Shown one piece after another: positions 9,258 to 20,561 of a stretch of DNA of 64,000 nt (position 1 is the stretch's first letter; each line of letters starts with the position of its first letter). This stretch comes from Candidatus Omnitrophota bacterium (lineage in GTDB: Bacteria > Omnitrophota > Gorgyraeia > DTHP01): the NCBI GenBank assembly GCA_023819145.1, contig JAMWCW010000004.1, positions 9,935 to 73,934 of the forward strand. Reading direction: 5' to 3'. Below the pieces are notes generated by a model. The model was not told the DNA's origin, searched no databases, and saw only the letters and a program-made list of their open reading frames with translations. Position numbers and translations under genes: made by a program.

Positions 9258-11260
9258 ATTCAGTAAATATGGAAAAGATGAAACTTTTGATAGCAATTCA
9301 TTCGCATCAACCTGTGGGGAATTTTGACCACGTTTTTGAAACCGCATTTAATAAGGCCTATCTTCCTTTTCTGGATGTTTTAGAAAAACATCCTCAGATT
9401 AAAATAGCTCTGCATTACTCCGGAAGTCTCTTGGATTGGTTAGAGCATAAAAAACCAGAGTTTATTCAACGTATCAAGAGATTAACCGAGAAAAAACAGA
9501 TAGAGATCCTCTCTGCGGGATATTATGAACCAATCCTCGTTCTTTTGAACGAAGAGGATAGAATTGGGCAGATAAAGCTTTTAAATGAAAAAATATTCCA
9601 TCTCTGGTCAGTTAAGCCACAGGGTGCCTGGCTTACGGAGAGAGTTTGGGAACCTGATTTGCCCAAGACTTTCAAAGAAGCAGATATAGCTTATACAATC
9701 GTGGATGATACACATTTTGAAAAAACAGGAAAAATGCGCGAAGAGCTCTGGGGGTATTACCTTACCGAATACGATAACAAGATTACCAAAATATTCCCCG
9801 GTTCGAAGTTTTTACGCTACGCATTACCTTTTAAGCTTCCTGATGAGACGATAGGTTATTTAAAACAATCTTTTAACATAGGAAGAAAGGCTATAACCTT
9901 TGCTGATGATGGAGAAAAATTTGGTCTCTGGCCAGGAACCTACAAATGGGTATATGAAGAGCACTGGTTAGAAAGGTTCTTTCAAATTATTGAAAATAAC
10001 GGCGAATGGTTGGAAACAGTAACTTTTAGTGAATATTTAGCAAAATTTCCTCCTACGGGAAGAATCTATTTACCCTGTGCAAGTTATGACGAGATGCTCG
10101 ATTGGTCAAACGGATATTTTAGGAATTTTTTGGCAAAATATCCTGAAGCAAACCATATGCACAAAAGGATGCTGGAAGTAAGCAGGAAAGTACAAAATGC
10201 AAAATGCAAAATGCAAAGTTTAGAATTTGAAGAGGCCAGACGTTATCTCTACATGTCCCAGAACAATGACAGTTATTGGCACGGTGTATTTGGGGGATTG
10301 TATCTAAACCATTTAAGATGCAGTGCCTACTCTAATCTTATCCGAGCAGAAAATATCGTGGAGAAATCCTGCTACAATAAAAATGATTGGTTAGATTACA
10401 AGACAGATGATTTCGATTGCGATGGGGCAAATGAGCTTATGCTGTCAAACAAACTACTCAAAATCTATATAGACTTAGAAGAAAAAGCTGGCATCTACGA
10501 GATTGACCATAAAGATAAAGAAATTAACATTGTAAATACTATCGCCCGAAGAAAGGAGAAATATCACGATAAAATAAGAGAAAAAATTCTTGCAAACACC
10601 GAATGTTCTACCCATCGCGAGAACACAGCCAGTATTCATGACATAGAAAAACACATACCGCGAGAATGGGAAGAGTTCCTGGTCTATGACCGTTATCGTA
10701 AAGGATGTCTCCTGGAACACTTTCTTAACGCTGATGTTACCAAAGAAAATTTTTTAAAGAATAATTACGAAGAAAAGGAATCTCTTCTTAATAGATATAT
10801 ATTGGATTCTGTAGACCAAAAGAGTAGTTTAATCAGAGTAAATTTAAAAAGGGAATTTTTTTGTGATGGGCTACCTTTTGAAATACAAAAAACTTTAATA
10901 CTGGAATCAAATATGAAGAGGATATCCTATGCTTATTCAATCTTAAATAAATCAAAAACATTTTGGAATGGAAAATTTGCAGTGGAATTCAATTTTTCCC
11001 TATGGGATAACCTTCTCTCATCTTTAGGAGAAAGAGACAATATAAATAATTTATTAATTAAAGATACTTGGTTTGGTATAGAGATAGAAATGAATTTTAA
11101 CAAACAGGGCAAGCTCTGGCACTTTCCGGTAGAAACAATCTATGAAACAGAAAGTGGTTTTGAGAAAACCTACCAAGAATTGGGGATTGTTCTTGTTTGG
11201 GAACTAAACTCCATCCCAGAGAAAGAATTTAGAATCTCAGGTGATTTTGAACTTAAATAG
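9254..11260 (+). CDS. GH57 alpha-amylase/4-alpha-glucanotransferase (DUF1925/DUF1926 type)
   Basis: HSHQPVGN, WLTERVWEP (nucleophile E), DDGEKFG (acid/base D), YWHGVFGGLY. Confidence 0.9.
   Translation: MNSVNMEKMKLLIAIHSHQPVGNFDHVFETAFNKAYLPFLDVLEKHPQIKIALHYSGSLLDWLEHKKPEFIQRIKRLTEKKQIEILSAGYYEPILVLLNEEDRIGQIKLLNEKIFHLWSVKPQGAWLTERVWEPDLPKTFKEADIAYTIVDDTHFEKTGKMREELWGYYLTEYDNKITKIFPGSKFLRYALPFKLPDETIGYLKQSFNIGRKAITFADDGEKFGLWPGTYKWVYEEHWLERFFQIIENNGEWLETVTFSEYLAKFPPTGRIYLPCASYDEMLDWSNGYFRNFLAKYPEANHMHKRMLEVSRKVQNAKCKMQSLEFEEARRYLYMSQNNDSYWHGVFGGLYLNHLRCSAYSNLIRAENIVEKSCYNKNDWLDYKTDDFDCDGANELMLSNKLLKIYIDLEEKAGIYEIDHKDKEINIVNTIARRKEKYHDKIREKILANTECSTHRENTASIHDIEKHIPREWEEFLVYDRYRKGCLLEHFLNADVTKENFLKNNYEEKESLLNRYILDSVDQKSSLIRVNLKREFFCDGLPFEIQKTLILESNMKRISYAYSILNKSKTFWNGKFAVEFNFSLWDNLLSSLGERDNINNLLIKDTWFGIEIEMNFNKQGKLWHFPVETIYETESGFEKTYQELGIVLVWELNSIPEKEFRISGDFELK
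10193..10213 (+). repeat. In-frame heptamer tandem repeat (CAAAATG)3 inside the GH57 gene
   Basis: Three exact 7-mers = 21 nt encoding QNAKCKM, followed by partial CAAAGT. Confidence 0.8.
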
Positions 11261-11261
11261 T

Positions 11262-11540
11262 ATGAAAAAAATAAAGAAAAAAATATTAGTCAGAAATAAG
11301 CAAGGGTTACACGCCCGACCTGCTGCTCTTTTTGTGCAATTGGCTAATAAATTCGAAGCAAATATTGTGGTGCGTAAAGATAAACTCACCGCCAATGGTA
11401 AATCAATTATGGGGATTCTTATGTTAGAAATAGGACCGGGAACAGAAATTTGGATTGAGGCAGAAGGAGAAGATGCGGAAAAAGCAGTTACCGCCTTAGA
11501 GAAAATCATTTTAGAGGAAGAAACGCAACTAATCAAATGA
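11262..11540 (+). CDS. ptsH: Phosphocarrier protein HPr
   Basis: GLHARPA (His15), GKSIMGI (Ser46); start moved to ATG 11262. Confidence 0.95.
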   Translation: MKKIKKKILVRNKQGLHARPAALFVQLANKFEANIVVRKDKLTANGKSIMGILMLEIGPGTEIWIEAEGEDAEKAVTALEKIILEEETQLIK

Positions 11541-13315
11541 ATATGGAAGAGGAAATATTAAAAGACAAAGAAGAGAGGATTTTAAAAGGCATTCCTGCTT
11601 CCCCCGGAATAGCTATTGGACGTGCTTTTCTTATTGATACTGAAGAACCTACTATTCCTCGAAGAGAGATTTCAGATAAAGAACTACCCAGCGAAATAGC
11701 CAGATTTGAGGAAGCATTGATTCAGACAAGAAAAGAGATTTTAGAGATACAGAAAAAAATTGCGGAAGAAATGAGTTCAGACCATGCTGAGATATTTAAC
11801 GCTCATTTGCTTGTCCTGGAAGATAAAATGTTTTTAGAAGAGGTCATCTCACGGTTAAGAAAAGAAAAATTCACTGTAGAATACATCTTAGTAGATGTAA
11901 TAAAAAAATATATAAAGGTTTTCTCCAAAATGGATGACGAATATCTCAGGGAAAGAATCAGTGATATAGATGACGTTGGCAAGAGGATACTGCGCAACCT
12001 TATCGGACAACAACGACAGGATTTGAGTAAATTAAAAGATAAAGTAGTAGTCGTCGCATATAATCTTTCTCCTTCAGATACCGCTTTGATGCATAAAGAG
12101 AATGTGCTCGGTTTTGTTACCGACATAGGAGGACGCACTTCTCATACCGCAATCATGGCAAAATCTTTAGAGATTCCTGCGGTGGTAGGTTTAGAAAAAG
12201 TTAGCCGTTGGGTTAAAAACGGTGATTATCTTATTGTTAACGGTAATGAAGGAATAGTAATTATCAATCCCCAAGAAGAAACCTTAAGTAAATACGAAGA
12301 AGAATTATTAAGATTTAAAGAATTTACACGTAGATTAGAAGGCCTGAAGGACCTCCCCGCAGAAACTTTAGATGGTTACAGAGTAAAAATAGCAGCAAAT
12401 ATTGAATCTCCCCAAGAAATTCCTTCTGTGCTTGCGCATGGTGCTTTTGGAATAGGACTTTATAGAACAGAGTATTTCTATATGAACCGAAAAGATTTGC
12501 CATCGGAAGAAGAACAATACGAGGCATACCGCCGAGTAGCAATTCAGATGGCTCCTAATCCGGTTACGATAAGGACTCTAGACTTGGGAGGAGATAAATT
12601 TATTTCTCAATTAGAAATACCTTACGAGATAAATCCTTTTATGGGGTGGAGGGCAATAAGATTCTGTTTAGCAAAACCAGATATATTTAAAACGCAACTT
12701 AAAGCAATCTTAAGGGCTTCGGTAGATGGAAAACTTCGACTGATGTATCCTTTAATTTCGGGAATAGAAGAACTACATCAGGCTAATGCTATTTTAGAAG
12801 AAGTTAAAAAAGAATTAAATGAAAAAAATATTCCTTTTGATAAAAATTTGGAAGTGGGTGTAATGATAGAGGTTCCTTCTGCCGCAGTTACAAGCGATAT
12901 TTTGGCAAAAGAAGTAGACTTCTTCAGTGTGGGCACAAACGACCTTATTCAATATTCATTAGCAGTGGATAGGGTAAATGAAAAAATTGCTTATCTTTAT
13001 GAACCTGCTCACCCTGCAATCATAAGAATAATCAGAAATATTATTAATTCTGCCCATGCAGAAGGAATCTGGGTAGGAATGTGTGGGGAGATGGCTGGTG
13101 AAATACTCTTTATCCCCGTTCTTTTAGGGCTGGGGTTAGATGAATTCAGTGTCAGTCCCGTAAGTGTTCCGGAAGTCAAACAGGTTATCCGCGCAATAAC
13201 TCTTACCCAAGCCAAAGAGATTGCCCAAGAGTGCCTTTCCTTGTCCACCAGTGAAGACATCCTGAGATTTTTAAAGCTAAAATTGAAAGAAATTATCCCA
13301 GAAATAATCATCTAA
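11537..13315 (+). CDS. ptsI: PTS enzyme I
   Basis: GGRTSHTAI (phospho-His), GLYRTE, RTLDLGGDK, SVGTNDL, GMCGEMA. Confidence 0.97.
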   Translation: MNMEEEILKDKEERILKGIPASPGIAIGRAFLIDTEEPTIPRREISDKELPSEIARFEEALIQTRKEILEIQKKIAEEMSSDHAEIFNAHLLVLEDKMFLEEVISRLRKEKFTVEYILVDVIKKYIKVFSKMDDEYLRERISDIDDVGKRILRNLIGQQRQDLSKLKDKVVVVAYNLSPSDTALMHKENVLGFVTDIGGRTSHTAIMAKSLEIPAVVGLEKVSRWVKNGDYLIVNGNEGIVIINPQEETLSKYEEELLRFKEFTRRLEGLKDLPAETLDGYRVKIAANIESPQEIPSVLAHGAFGIGLYRTEYFYMNRKDLPSEEEQYEAYRRVAIQMAPNPVTIRTLDLGGDKFISQLEIPYEINPFMGWRAIRFCLAKPDIFKTQLKAILRASVDGKLRLMYPLISGIEELHQANAILEEVKKELNEKNIPFDKNLEVGVMIEVPSAAVTSDILAKEVDFFSVGTNDLIQYSLAVDRVNEKIAYLYEPAHPAIIRIIRNIINSAHAEGIWVGMCGEMAGEILFIPVLLGLGLDEFSVSPVSVPEVKQVIRAITLTQAKEIAQECLSLSTSEDILRFLKLKLKEIIPEIII

Positions 13316-13324
13316 AGATAAACT

Positions 13325-14389
13325 ATGCTTGATTTAATTAAGAAATTTGACTCTGCAGATATGCTCACTATGCTACAAAACTTCCCCCAGCAATGCAGGG
13401 ATGCTTTCATGTTGGGCAAAGGAATAGAACTTCCTTCCTCATACCATCAATTCAATAATATAGTTTTCTCAGGTATGGGAGGTTCAGCTATTGGAGGAGA
13501 CATCATCCGCACTTACTGCTTGTACAAATTAAATCTACCTATCTTTGTATTCCGCAACTATAATCTTCCCAGTTTTATTAATGAAGATACCTTATTTTTT
13601 GCCTGCAGTTATTCCGGAAATACCGAAGAGACCATTGCTTCTTTCCAAGAAGCAAGAAGAAAAAAAGCAAAAATAGTCGTTATTTCTTCTGGCGGAGAAC
13701 TCATTACTTTAGCCCAGAGGAAAAACATCCCTTTTATAAAAATTCCCTCCGGATACCCACCACGTCAATCATTAGGATATTTTGTATTTGTTCCTCTTTA
13801 CCTCTTACAAAAGATTAAGATATTAAATAACTTAGAGCCAGAATTAGAAGAGACCTTCTATCTTTTGGAAAGGATGCGCGATAAAAAACTTAGTCCAGAA
13901 ATCAAGAAAGAAAACATTGCTTTTGACACCGCCTTGCTTATGTTAAACAGGTTTCCAGTAATTTATAGCCAAATAGATTACTTAGATGTTGTTTCTATGC
14001 GTTGGCGAGCACAATTAGCAGAGAACTCCAAGGTGCTTTCTTCTATAAATTTCTTACCTGAGTTAAATCATAATGAAATAGTGGGCTGGCGATTTCCAAA
14101 ATCTGTGCTTAAAAATTTCATAATCTTCTTACTAAGGGATAACACTGAACAAGCACGGATAAGACTGAGAATAGAGATAACCAAGGAGCTTCTCAAAAAG
14201 GACGGTTTCCTAATTAAAGAGGTTCGTGCAGAAGGCAGGTCGCTGATGGCAAGGATTTTATCTCTTATCTATATCGGAGACTTTGTTAGTTACTATTTAG
14301 CTATTTTGAACCAGATAGACCCTACACCTGTAAAGCCAATTGCTTATTTAAAGAAAAGATTAGCAAAAATTAGTCATAAAGGTAAATAA
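13325..14389 (+). CDS. Bifunctional phosphoglucose/phosphomannose isomerase (SIS, archaeal type)
   Basis: GMGGSAIGG, SYSGNTEET, ENSK, PELNHNEI, DPTPV. Confidence 0.92.
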   Translation: MLDLIKKFDSADMLTMLQNFPQQCRDAFMLGKGIELPSSYHQFNNIVFSGMGGSAIGGDIIRTYCLYKLNLPIFVFRNYNLPSFINEDTLFFACSYSGNTEETIASFQEARRKKAKIVVISSGGELITLAQRKNIPFIKIPSGYPPRQSLGYFVFVPLYLLQKIKILNNLEPELEETFYLLERMRDKKLSPEIKKENIAFDTALLMLNRFPVIYSQIDYLDVVSMRWRAQLAENSKVLSSINFLPELNHNEIVGWRFPKSVLKNFIIFLLRDNTEQARIRLRIEITKELLKKDGFLIKEVRAEGRSLMARILSLIYIGDFVSYYLAILNQIDPTPVKPIAYLKKRLAKISHKGK

Positions 14390-14390
14390 G

Positions 14391-15137
14391 ATGAAAGCAA
14401 TAATCTTAGCAGCAGGATATGCTACAAGACTTTATCCCCTTACTATAAATTTGCCCAAGGCATTACTTAAAATAGATAACAAACCCATTGTTGAATTTAT
14501 AGTAAACAAATTAGAGAAAATTAAAGAGATAGATGAACTTGTCATCGTAAGCAACAATAGATTTTATGCTTTATTCGAAGAATGGCTCAAGAAAATAAAT
14601 TTTAGTAAAAAAACCAGTCTCATTAACGATTTAACCAATGCCGAGGAAAACCGTTTAGGAGCCTTAGGAGATCTTGACTTCGCAATTAAAAAATCTAATA
14701 TAGATACCGATATTCTGGTTATTGCCGGAGATAATATTTTTGACTTTGATTTAGAGAACTTTATTAAATTCTCTCAAAGAAATCATAGTATAAATATAGG
14801 AATTTTTGATATAAAATGTGTTGATTGTGCTAAAAAATTTGGGGTAGTGGAAATAGATACCTCTAATCGAGTTACTAAATTCGTAGAAAAACCAAATAAA
14901 CCTTTCTCTACACTTATTGGAATAGGGATCTATTTTCTTCCCAAATTTGCTATCAATTTTGTAAAGGCGTATCTGGCCCAGAATAACCCTCAAGACGCCT
15001 TGGGTCACTTTTTAGAATATCTGCTTAAAAATAAAATAGAAATTCTGGGTCATAAATTTGCAGGGAAATGGTTTGATATCGGAGACGTCGAAGCTTACGA
15101 AGAAGCACAGAAATATTTTGGTAAAGAAAGGACTTAA
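14391..15137 (+). CDS. Sugar-1-phosphate nucleotidyltransferase
   Basis: [14 protein letters not shown]...PKALL, FVEKP, WFDIG. Confidence 0.9.
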   Translation: MKAIILAAGYATRLYPLTINLPKALLKIDNKPIVEFIVNKLEKIKEIDELVIVSNNRFYALFEEWLKKINFSKKTSLINDLTNAEENRLGALGDLDFAIKKSNIDTDILVIAGDNIFDFDLENFIKFSQRNHSINIGIFDIKCVDCAKKFGVVEIDTSNRVTKFVEKPNKPFSTLIGIGIYFLPKFAINFVKAYLAQNNPQDALGHFLEYLLKNKIEILGHKFAGKWFDIGDVEAYEEAQKYFGKERT

Positions 15138-15138
15138 T

Positions 15139-16299
15139 ATGGAAAGAAAAAGATATTTACTTACCTCTGAATCCGTGACAGAAGGGCATCCCGATAAACT
15201 TTGCGACCAGATTTCGGATGCTGTTCTTGATGAAGTTTTGAGACAGGATAAGAATGGTCGTGTTGCTTGTGAAACCTATGTTACGATGGGATTAATTATT
15301 GTAGGAGGAGAGATTACTACCTCGGGGTATGTAGATACGCATAAACTCGTGCGGAAACTTTTATATAATATCGGTTATACCCATCCTTGCTATGGCCTGG
15401 ATTACAATACCTGTGCTATCCTAAATGCTATTCATACTCAATCACCCGACATTGCCCAAGGAGTGAATCGAGGAGGCGCGGGAGACCAAGGAATTATGGT
15501 TGGCTACGCCTGTCGAGAAACTGAAGAATTTATGCCTCTGCCTATAGTTTTGGCCCATCGTTTAGTAAGGAGAATGGCCGAAGTGAGAAGAAAGAAAATT
15601 TTAGGATATTTAGGTCCGGACGGAAAATCTCAAATAACGGTAGAGTATGATAATGGTAAACCTTTACGTGTGGATTCGGTAGTTTTGGCCTGTCAACATA
15701 CTGAAGATATTTTGGATAAAACGAAACAGCAGATAACTAAAGAGGCGAGAAAAGAAATTATTAATACTATAGCCTTCCCAGTTTTAGGAAAATTCGTTGA
15801 TAAAAAAACAAAATTTTACGTAAATGAAACGGGAAAATTCGTTATCGGTGGTCCTCAGTCCGACACAGGAATGACGGGAAGAAAGATTGTTGTAGATACA
15901 TACGGAGGAATAATTTCCCATGGGGGAGGAGCATTTTCTGGAAAAGATCCCACAAAAGTAGACCGTTCTGCTAGTTATATGGCAAGATACCTTGCTAAAA
16001 ATATCGTTGCCGCAGAAATTGCAGAAAAGTGTTGTGTACAACTTGCCTATGTCATTGGACAAGCAGAACCTTTAGCAATCTATGTGGATACCTATGGAAC
16101 AGGTAAAATCCCTGAAGAAAAAATCATTAAAATTATTAAAAAACACTTTTCTTTAACTCCTCAAGGTATAATTGAAACACTTAACCTTTTAAGACCCATC
16201 TATCTTAAAACCGCCTGTTATGGACATTTTGGCAGAAATGAACCGGAATTCAGCTGGGAGAAATTGGACAAGGTAAAGGAAATTCAAAAATCTACATAG
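15139..16299 (+). CDS. metK: S-adenosylmethionine synthetase
   Basis: [34 protein letters not shown]; start moved to 15139. Confidence 0.97.
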   Translation: MERKRYLLTSESVTEGHPDKLCDQISDAVLDEVLRQDKNGRVACETYVTMGLIIVGGEITTSGYVDTHKLVRKLLYNIGYTHPCYGLDYNTCAILNAIHTQSPDIAQGVNRGGAGDQGIMVGYACRETEEFMPLPIVLAHRLVRRMAEVRRKKILGYLGPDGKSQITVEYDNGKPLRVDSVVLACQHTEDILDKTKQQITKEARKEIINTIAFPVLGKFVDKKTKFYVNETGKFVIGGPQSDTGMTGRKIVVDTYGGIISHGGGAFSGKDPTKVDRSASYMARYLAKNIVAAEIAEKCCVQLAYVIGQAEPLAIYVDTYGTGKIPEEKIIKIIKKHFSLTPQGIIETLNLLRPIYLKTACYGHFGRNEPEFSWEKLDKVKEIQKST

Positions 16300-16309
16300 G
16301 AGAAATAAG

Positions 16310-17578
16310 ATGCGGTACGAGATAAAAGATATCAATTTAGCAAAGAAAGGTTCTTTAAGGATTGAATGGGCAAGAAATAATATGCCGGTATTAAGATTAA
16401 TCGGCGAGAGATTTGCTAAAGAAAAAACGCTTAGAGGAATTAGAATTTCTGCCTGTCTGCATGTTACCACAGAAACTGCCGTGTTGATGGAGATTCTAAA
16501 GAAAGGAGGAGCAGAAATAGCTTTATGCGCCTCTAATCCTTCATCCACCCAGGATGATGTCGCAGCCAGTTTAATCAAAAATTCTAAAATATCCGTATTT
16601 GCTATAAAAGGAGAGGATAAAAAAACTTATTATCGCCATATAAACTCTTGTTTAGCCATAGAGCCTCAAATTACCATGGACGATGGAGCAGATTTGGTTT
16701 CTACCATTCATAAGCACACGAGAATATCGGCGCACCCACGCACCAGCTTACCCTGGGGAGGAACGGAAGAAACTACTACCGGAGTAATTAGATTAAGGGC
16801 ATTAGAGAAAGAAGGAAAATTAAAATACCCGATTATTGCCGTAAATGATGCCCAAACCAAACATCTTTTTGATAACCGCTATGGAACCGGACAATCTACA
16901 CTCGATGGAATAATCCGGGCAACCAATCGGTTAATCGCTGGGACAAATTTCGTCGTCTGTGGTTATGGGTGGTGTGGAAAAGGTGTAGCGATGCGTGCTA
17001 AAGGTATGGGGGCTAATGTAATTATATGCGAAACTAAACCCTTGAAAGCACTAGAAGCGTGTTTGGATGGATACCAGGTAATGCCCTTAAAAGAAGCAGT
17101 CAGAATAGCAGATATATTGGTTACAGTAACAGGAAATGTCAAAGTGTTAAGTAAAGATTATTTTCTATCGATGAAAGAGGGCGTCATCTTGGCTAACGCT
17201 GGACACTTCAATGTAGAAATCGATATCCCTACCCTTAATAAACTAAGTATAAAAAAGAAGAAAATTAGGGAATTTGTAGAAGAATATACTCTTAAGAATA
17301 ATAGAAAAATTTATCTTTTAGGCGAGGGCCGGTTGATAAATCTTGTTTCTGCTGAAGGTCATCCTGCCCAGGTTATGGACCTGAGTTTTGCCAATCAGGC
17401 GTTAGCGGTGGAATACATTAAGAATTATGGTAAAAGATTAAAAAAGAAAGTCTATCCTGTACCTGAGGACATTGATGATTCTATAGCTTTACTTAAATTA
17501 AGAACTATTGGAGTAAAAATAGATAGTCTTACTTACGAACAAAAAAAATATCTTTCTTCTTGGAAATTAGGAACTTGA
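16310..17578 (+). CDS. ahcY: Adenosylhomocysteinase
   Basis: [38 protein letters not shown]. Confidence 0.97.
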   Translation: MRYEIKDINLAKKGSLRIEWARNNMPVLRLIGERFAKEKTLRGIRISACLHVTTETAVLMEILKKGGAEIALCASNPSSTQDDVAASLIKNSKISVFAIKGEDKKTYYRHINSCLAIEPQITMDDGADLVSTIHKHTRISAHPRTSLPWGGTEETTTGVIRLRALEKEGKLKYPIIAVNDAQTKHLFDNRYGTGQSTLDGIIRATNRLIAGTNFVVCGYGWCGKGVAMRAKGMGANVIICETKPLKALEACLDGYQVMPLKEAVRIADILVTVTGNVKVLSKDYFLSMKEGVILANAGHFNVEIDIPTLNKLSIKKKKIREFVEEYTLKNNRKIYLLGEGRLINLVSAEGHPAQVMDLSFANQALAVEYIKNYGKRLKKKVYPVPEDIDDSIALLKLRTIGVKIDSLTYEQKKYLSSWKLGT

Positions 17579-17587
17579 TTTAAAATA

Positions 17588-18670
17588 TTAATGGGGACTC
17601 TTTTTTATAAGAATTATGCTAAAAACTATAAAAACAAAAGGAACCAGCCATGCAGAAATACAAGGAGGAAGCATTCCTGCCTTAGCGAGCCCAAGACTTA
17701 CGGCGTTCATTCCATAGAATAAAATTCCTGTAGCAAACGCTATCCCCACACACATAAATTTGCCAATACTCTGGCGGACGAGTCCATAAGGTATACCTAA
17801 AAGAATAAGTATAAATACATAAAATGGAAAAACTCTTTTTTGTTCCAATTCTACTAAGAAACGACGCACTATCTTATCCGAGCTACCCTTAAATCTCTCC
17901 ACATAATCTCGAAGTTGATCACTGCTCATTGCTTCGGCAATGATATCGTTGCGAATGATATCCTGGGGTGATTCGGTCAATTGCATCTCTCGGTCTTCAC
18001 GAAAATCAGGTTCACCCAAAAAATGCCCTTCTGGGTCTAAACGATAGATCACAATACCATAGAGTTTCCATGTTTTCTCTTCCCATATTGCTAACCTTGC
18101 AGTAATTTTGGTAGTAAGTATTTGTTTTCTATCGTGTTCCAAGATAACAAGGTCATAGAGAATTTTCTTCTCCATATCATATCGACGTGCATAAATAATT
18201 CTATTATCTTTTCCATAAAGTGTAACATTTTCAATATAACCTCTTTGTAGTTTATTTTTTTCGAAATTTTCCTTTAGGTTATAGGTAATTCTAAATGCAT
18301 GAGGATTTACTTTTTCGTTCAGAATATAGGTAAGAATACTTAACATAAGGCCGATTACAAAATATGGCCTTATAATCTTAAATAGACCAATTCCACAGGA
18401 ATGCATTGCAGTTATTTCATTGTATCTCTGCAGGTTACCCAGTGAATATATACTTGCCAATAATCCTGAAAAAGGTAATACCTGAACAAAGATAATGGGA
18501 AGATAGTTAAAATAATAGTTCAGAATAAACCTTAATTCTACTTTAGCCCGAATAAATTCATCGAGGTGTCCGAATATATCGATGATAACAAAAAGCAAAA
18601 CAAAAGAGGCACTGATGTAAATAAGGGGAAGAAGAAAATTTTTTAAGATATATTTTTCAATTATTCTCAT
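17588..18670 (-). CDS. lptG: LPS export permease LptG
   Basis: YjgP/YjgQ architecture, NEITAM motif, paired with lptF. Confidence 0.85.
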   Translation of the reverse strand: MRIIEKYILKNFLLPLIYISASFVLLFVIIDIFGHLDEFIRAKVELRFILNYYFNYLPIIFVQVLPFSGLLASIYSLGNLQRYNEITAMHSCGIGLFKIIRPYFVIGLMLSILTYILNEKVNPHAFRITYNLKENFEKNKLQRGYIENVTLYGKDNRIIYARRYDMEKKILYDLVILEHDRKQILTTKITARLAIWEEKTWKLYGIVIYRLDPEGHFLGEPDFREDREMQLTESPQDIIRNDIIAEAMSSDQLRDYVERFKGSSDKIVRRFLVELEQKRVFPFYVFILILLGIPYGLVRQSIGKFMCVGIAFATGILFYGMNAVSLGLAKAGMLPPCISAWLVPFVFIVFSIILIKKSPH

Positions 18671-18676
18671 TATTTA

Positions 18677-19771
18677 TTAATTTTTATATACATAAATATT
18701 TAAAATTACCCCCATAATCCCTAATATAATATTAGCCAACCACATTGCCAAAGGCGGTTTTACCAATCTTTGAATAGCCAGTGCTTCTCCACCAATCATT
18801 ATAAGATAATACAATCCTAAAACTACTAAACTCAAACCAAAGGCAACCGCGCCCGTTCTTCTTTTTGTAAGAACACCTAACGGAAAACCAACAAATACAA
18901 AAACAAGACAGGCAAAAGATAAGGCAATCTTTTTATGTATCTCTGTCTCAATAGGTGATATGTCTATATTCTTGATAGAAAGTTTTTCTTTCTCACTTAT
19001 CAATTCTTGTATATTCATCTCCTTGGGTTTCTTATTTATGGTTTCTTCCATAAACTCAACAGGTATTTTCAAGTTTATGGTATAAGTCTTAAAATTAAGT
19101 TTATAAAATCGTCTGGGATCGTTGGGGCTAGGTTCATCAGAAGTTCCTACGAACAGCTCCAGCTTAACTGTTTTTTTATCGGTTAAAGTCGTTATCTTAC
19201 CCTGTTGTGCAATAATTGTCCTCGGCAATCCATCTTCTTTTAACTCATATATTCTTATATTGTAGAGCATATTTCCATTAATACCATAAAAGAACAAAAT
19301 ATAATTCTCAAAATTCCTGATAAAAGTGCCGGGCTCAAAATAAGCGGTCGGATTTTTAATCCCTACCTGTTTTATAATTTTACGAGATGCAAAACGGGCA
19401 TAGGGAATTATCTCATTATTAAGAATAAGTGAGAAAAGGCTAAAAATCACTCCTGTAAGCACTAAAGGTAATTCTAAATGAAAAATATTTATACCACTGG
19501 CTTTGATAGCAGTTATCTCTAAATCCGAAGACAACCTCCCTAAACCAAGGAGAAGAGCAGTAAGGATGGCCATAGGTAATATATAACTTATAAGAGAAGG
19601 AATCTGCCAAAGGAATAATCTCATTACATCTAATAAAGAAATCCCTTTAATAATTATGAGTTCTATTAATCTTATAATATTTCCGCTCACAAGAACAAAA
19701 GTAAAGATGAACATATACAGCCAGAAAGGTTTAGCAACTTCACCAAATATGTAATTTCTCAAAATTCTCAT
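18677..19771 (-). CDS. lptF: LPS export permease LptF
   Basis: GRLSSDLEITAIKASG, EIHKKIALSF, PLG. Confidence 0.88.
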   Translation of the reverse strand: MRILRNYIFGEVAKPFWLYMFIFTFVLVSGNIIRLIELIIIKGISLLDVMRLFLWQIPSLISYILPMAILTALLLGLGRLSSDLEITAIKASGINIFHLELPLVLTGVIFSLFSLILNNEIIPYARFASRKIIKQVGIKNPTAYFEPGTFIRNFENYILFFYGINGNMLYNIRIYELKEDGLPRTIIAQQGKITTLTDKKTVKLELFVGTSDEPSPNDPRRFYKLNFKTYTINLKIPVEFMEETINKKPKEMNIQELISEKEKLSIKNIDISPIETEIHKKIALSFACLVFVFVGFPLGVLTKRRTGAVAFGLSLVVLGLYYLIMIGGEALAIQRLVKPPLAMWLANIILGIMGVILNIYVYKN

Positions 19772-19775
19772 TTTT

Positions 19776-20501
19776 CTAACAGGCCAAGGTCAATACCTCT
19801 ATAAGATTTGCACCATTTGATTTCAAAAGCTTCGCACACTCATCGACTGTTGAACCGGTAGTAAGAATATCGTCAATAATAAGAATGTTCTTTCCTCTAA
19901 TATGTTCTGGCTTTTTAATCTTAAACGCCCCTTTAATGTTTGACAAACGGTCCTCTGCATTCAGTTCACTCTGCGGTAGGGTAAATTTAACACGATAGAT
20001 ATTCTTAAGCAAGGCCTTGCTAAACTTCTTTGAAATAGGATAAGCAAGCAAAAGTGCCTGATTAAATTCTCTTTCCCTTAATTTTGTAGGGTGTAAAGGA
20101 ATAGGAAGGACATAATCAAATTTATCTATATTAATAAACTTAGCAATAAAATCATTTAATATTTTTCCAAAAAAATAGACCAGACCAGTGTAACGTTCGT
20201 ATTTAAATTTACGAATGCATTCACGCATTACCCCCTCATACAGAGCAACCGACCAAGCCCGATTAAAGAAGTGTTTTTTTGTCTTACAATCAACACAAAT
20301 ATTCTCGGGAATCAACTCTACCGCAATACTTCTACCACAGACGCTGCAAAAAGGAGGGTGATTCCACTGTATACTATAAAAACAGCTAAAACATAAGGGA
20401 CCCAATTCTTTAATATTTATTTTGTTCTGGCAAATAACACAACGAAAAGGATAAATTAGGTCAACCGTCCCTATAAATAAATCCTTCAAAACCTTAATCA
20501 T
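19776..20501 (-). CDS. comF: ComF-family amidophosphoribosyltransferase-like competence protein
   Basis: Double zinc ribbon, PIPLH, REFNQ, IIDDILTTGST. Confidence 0.92.
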   Translation of the reverse strand: MIKVLKDLFIGTVDLIYPFRCVICQNKINIKELGPLCFSCFYSIQWNHPPFCSVCGRSIAVELIPENICVDCKTKKHFFNRAWSVALYEGVMRECIRKFKYERYTGLVYFFGKILNDFIAKFINIDKFDYVLPIPLHPTKLREREFNQALLLAYPISKKFSKALLKNIYRVKFTLPQSELNAEDRLSNIKGAFKIKKPEHIRGKNILIIDDILTTGSTVDECAKLLKSNGANLIEVLTLAC

Positions 20502-20512
20502 TGTTAATAATG

Positions 20513-20541
20513 ATTATACAATTTCTGTCTCATTTTGTAAA
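20513..20541 (-). promoter_or_regulatory. sigma70 promoter of comF-lptF-lptG (TTTACA-17-TATAAT)
   Basis: Read on minus strand. Confidence 0.65.
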
Positions 20542-20561
20542 TAAATTTGGTTTATTTTTAT

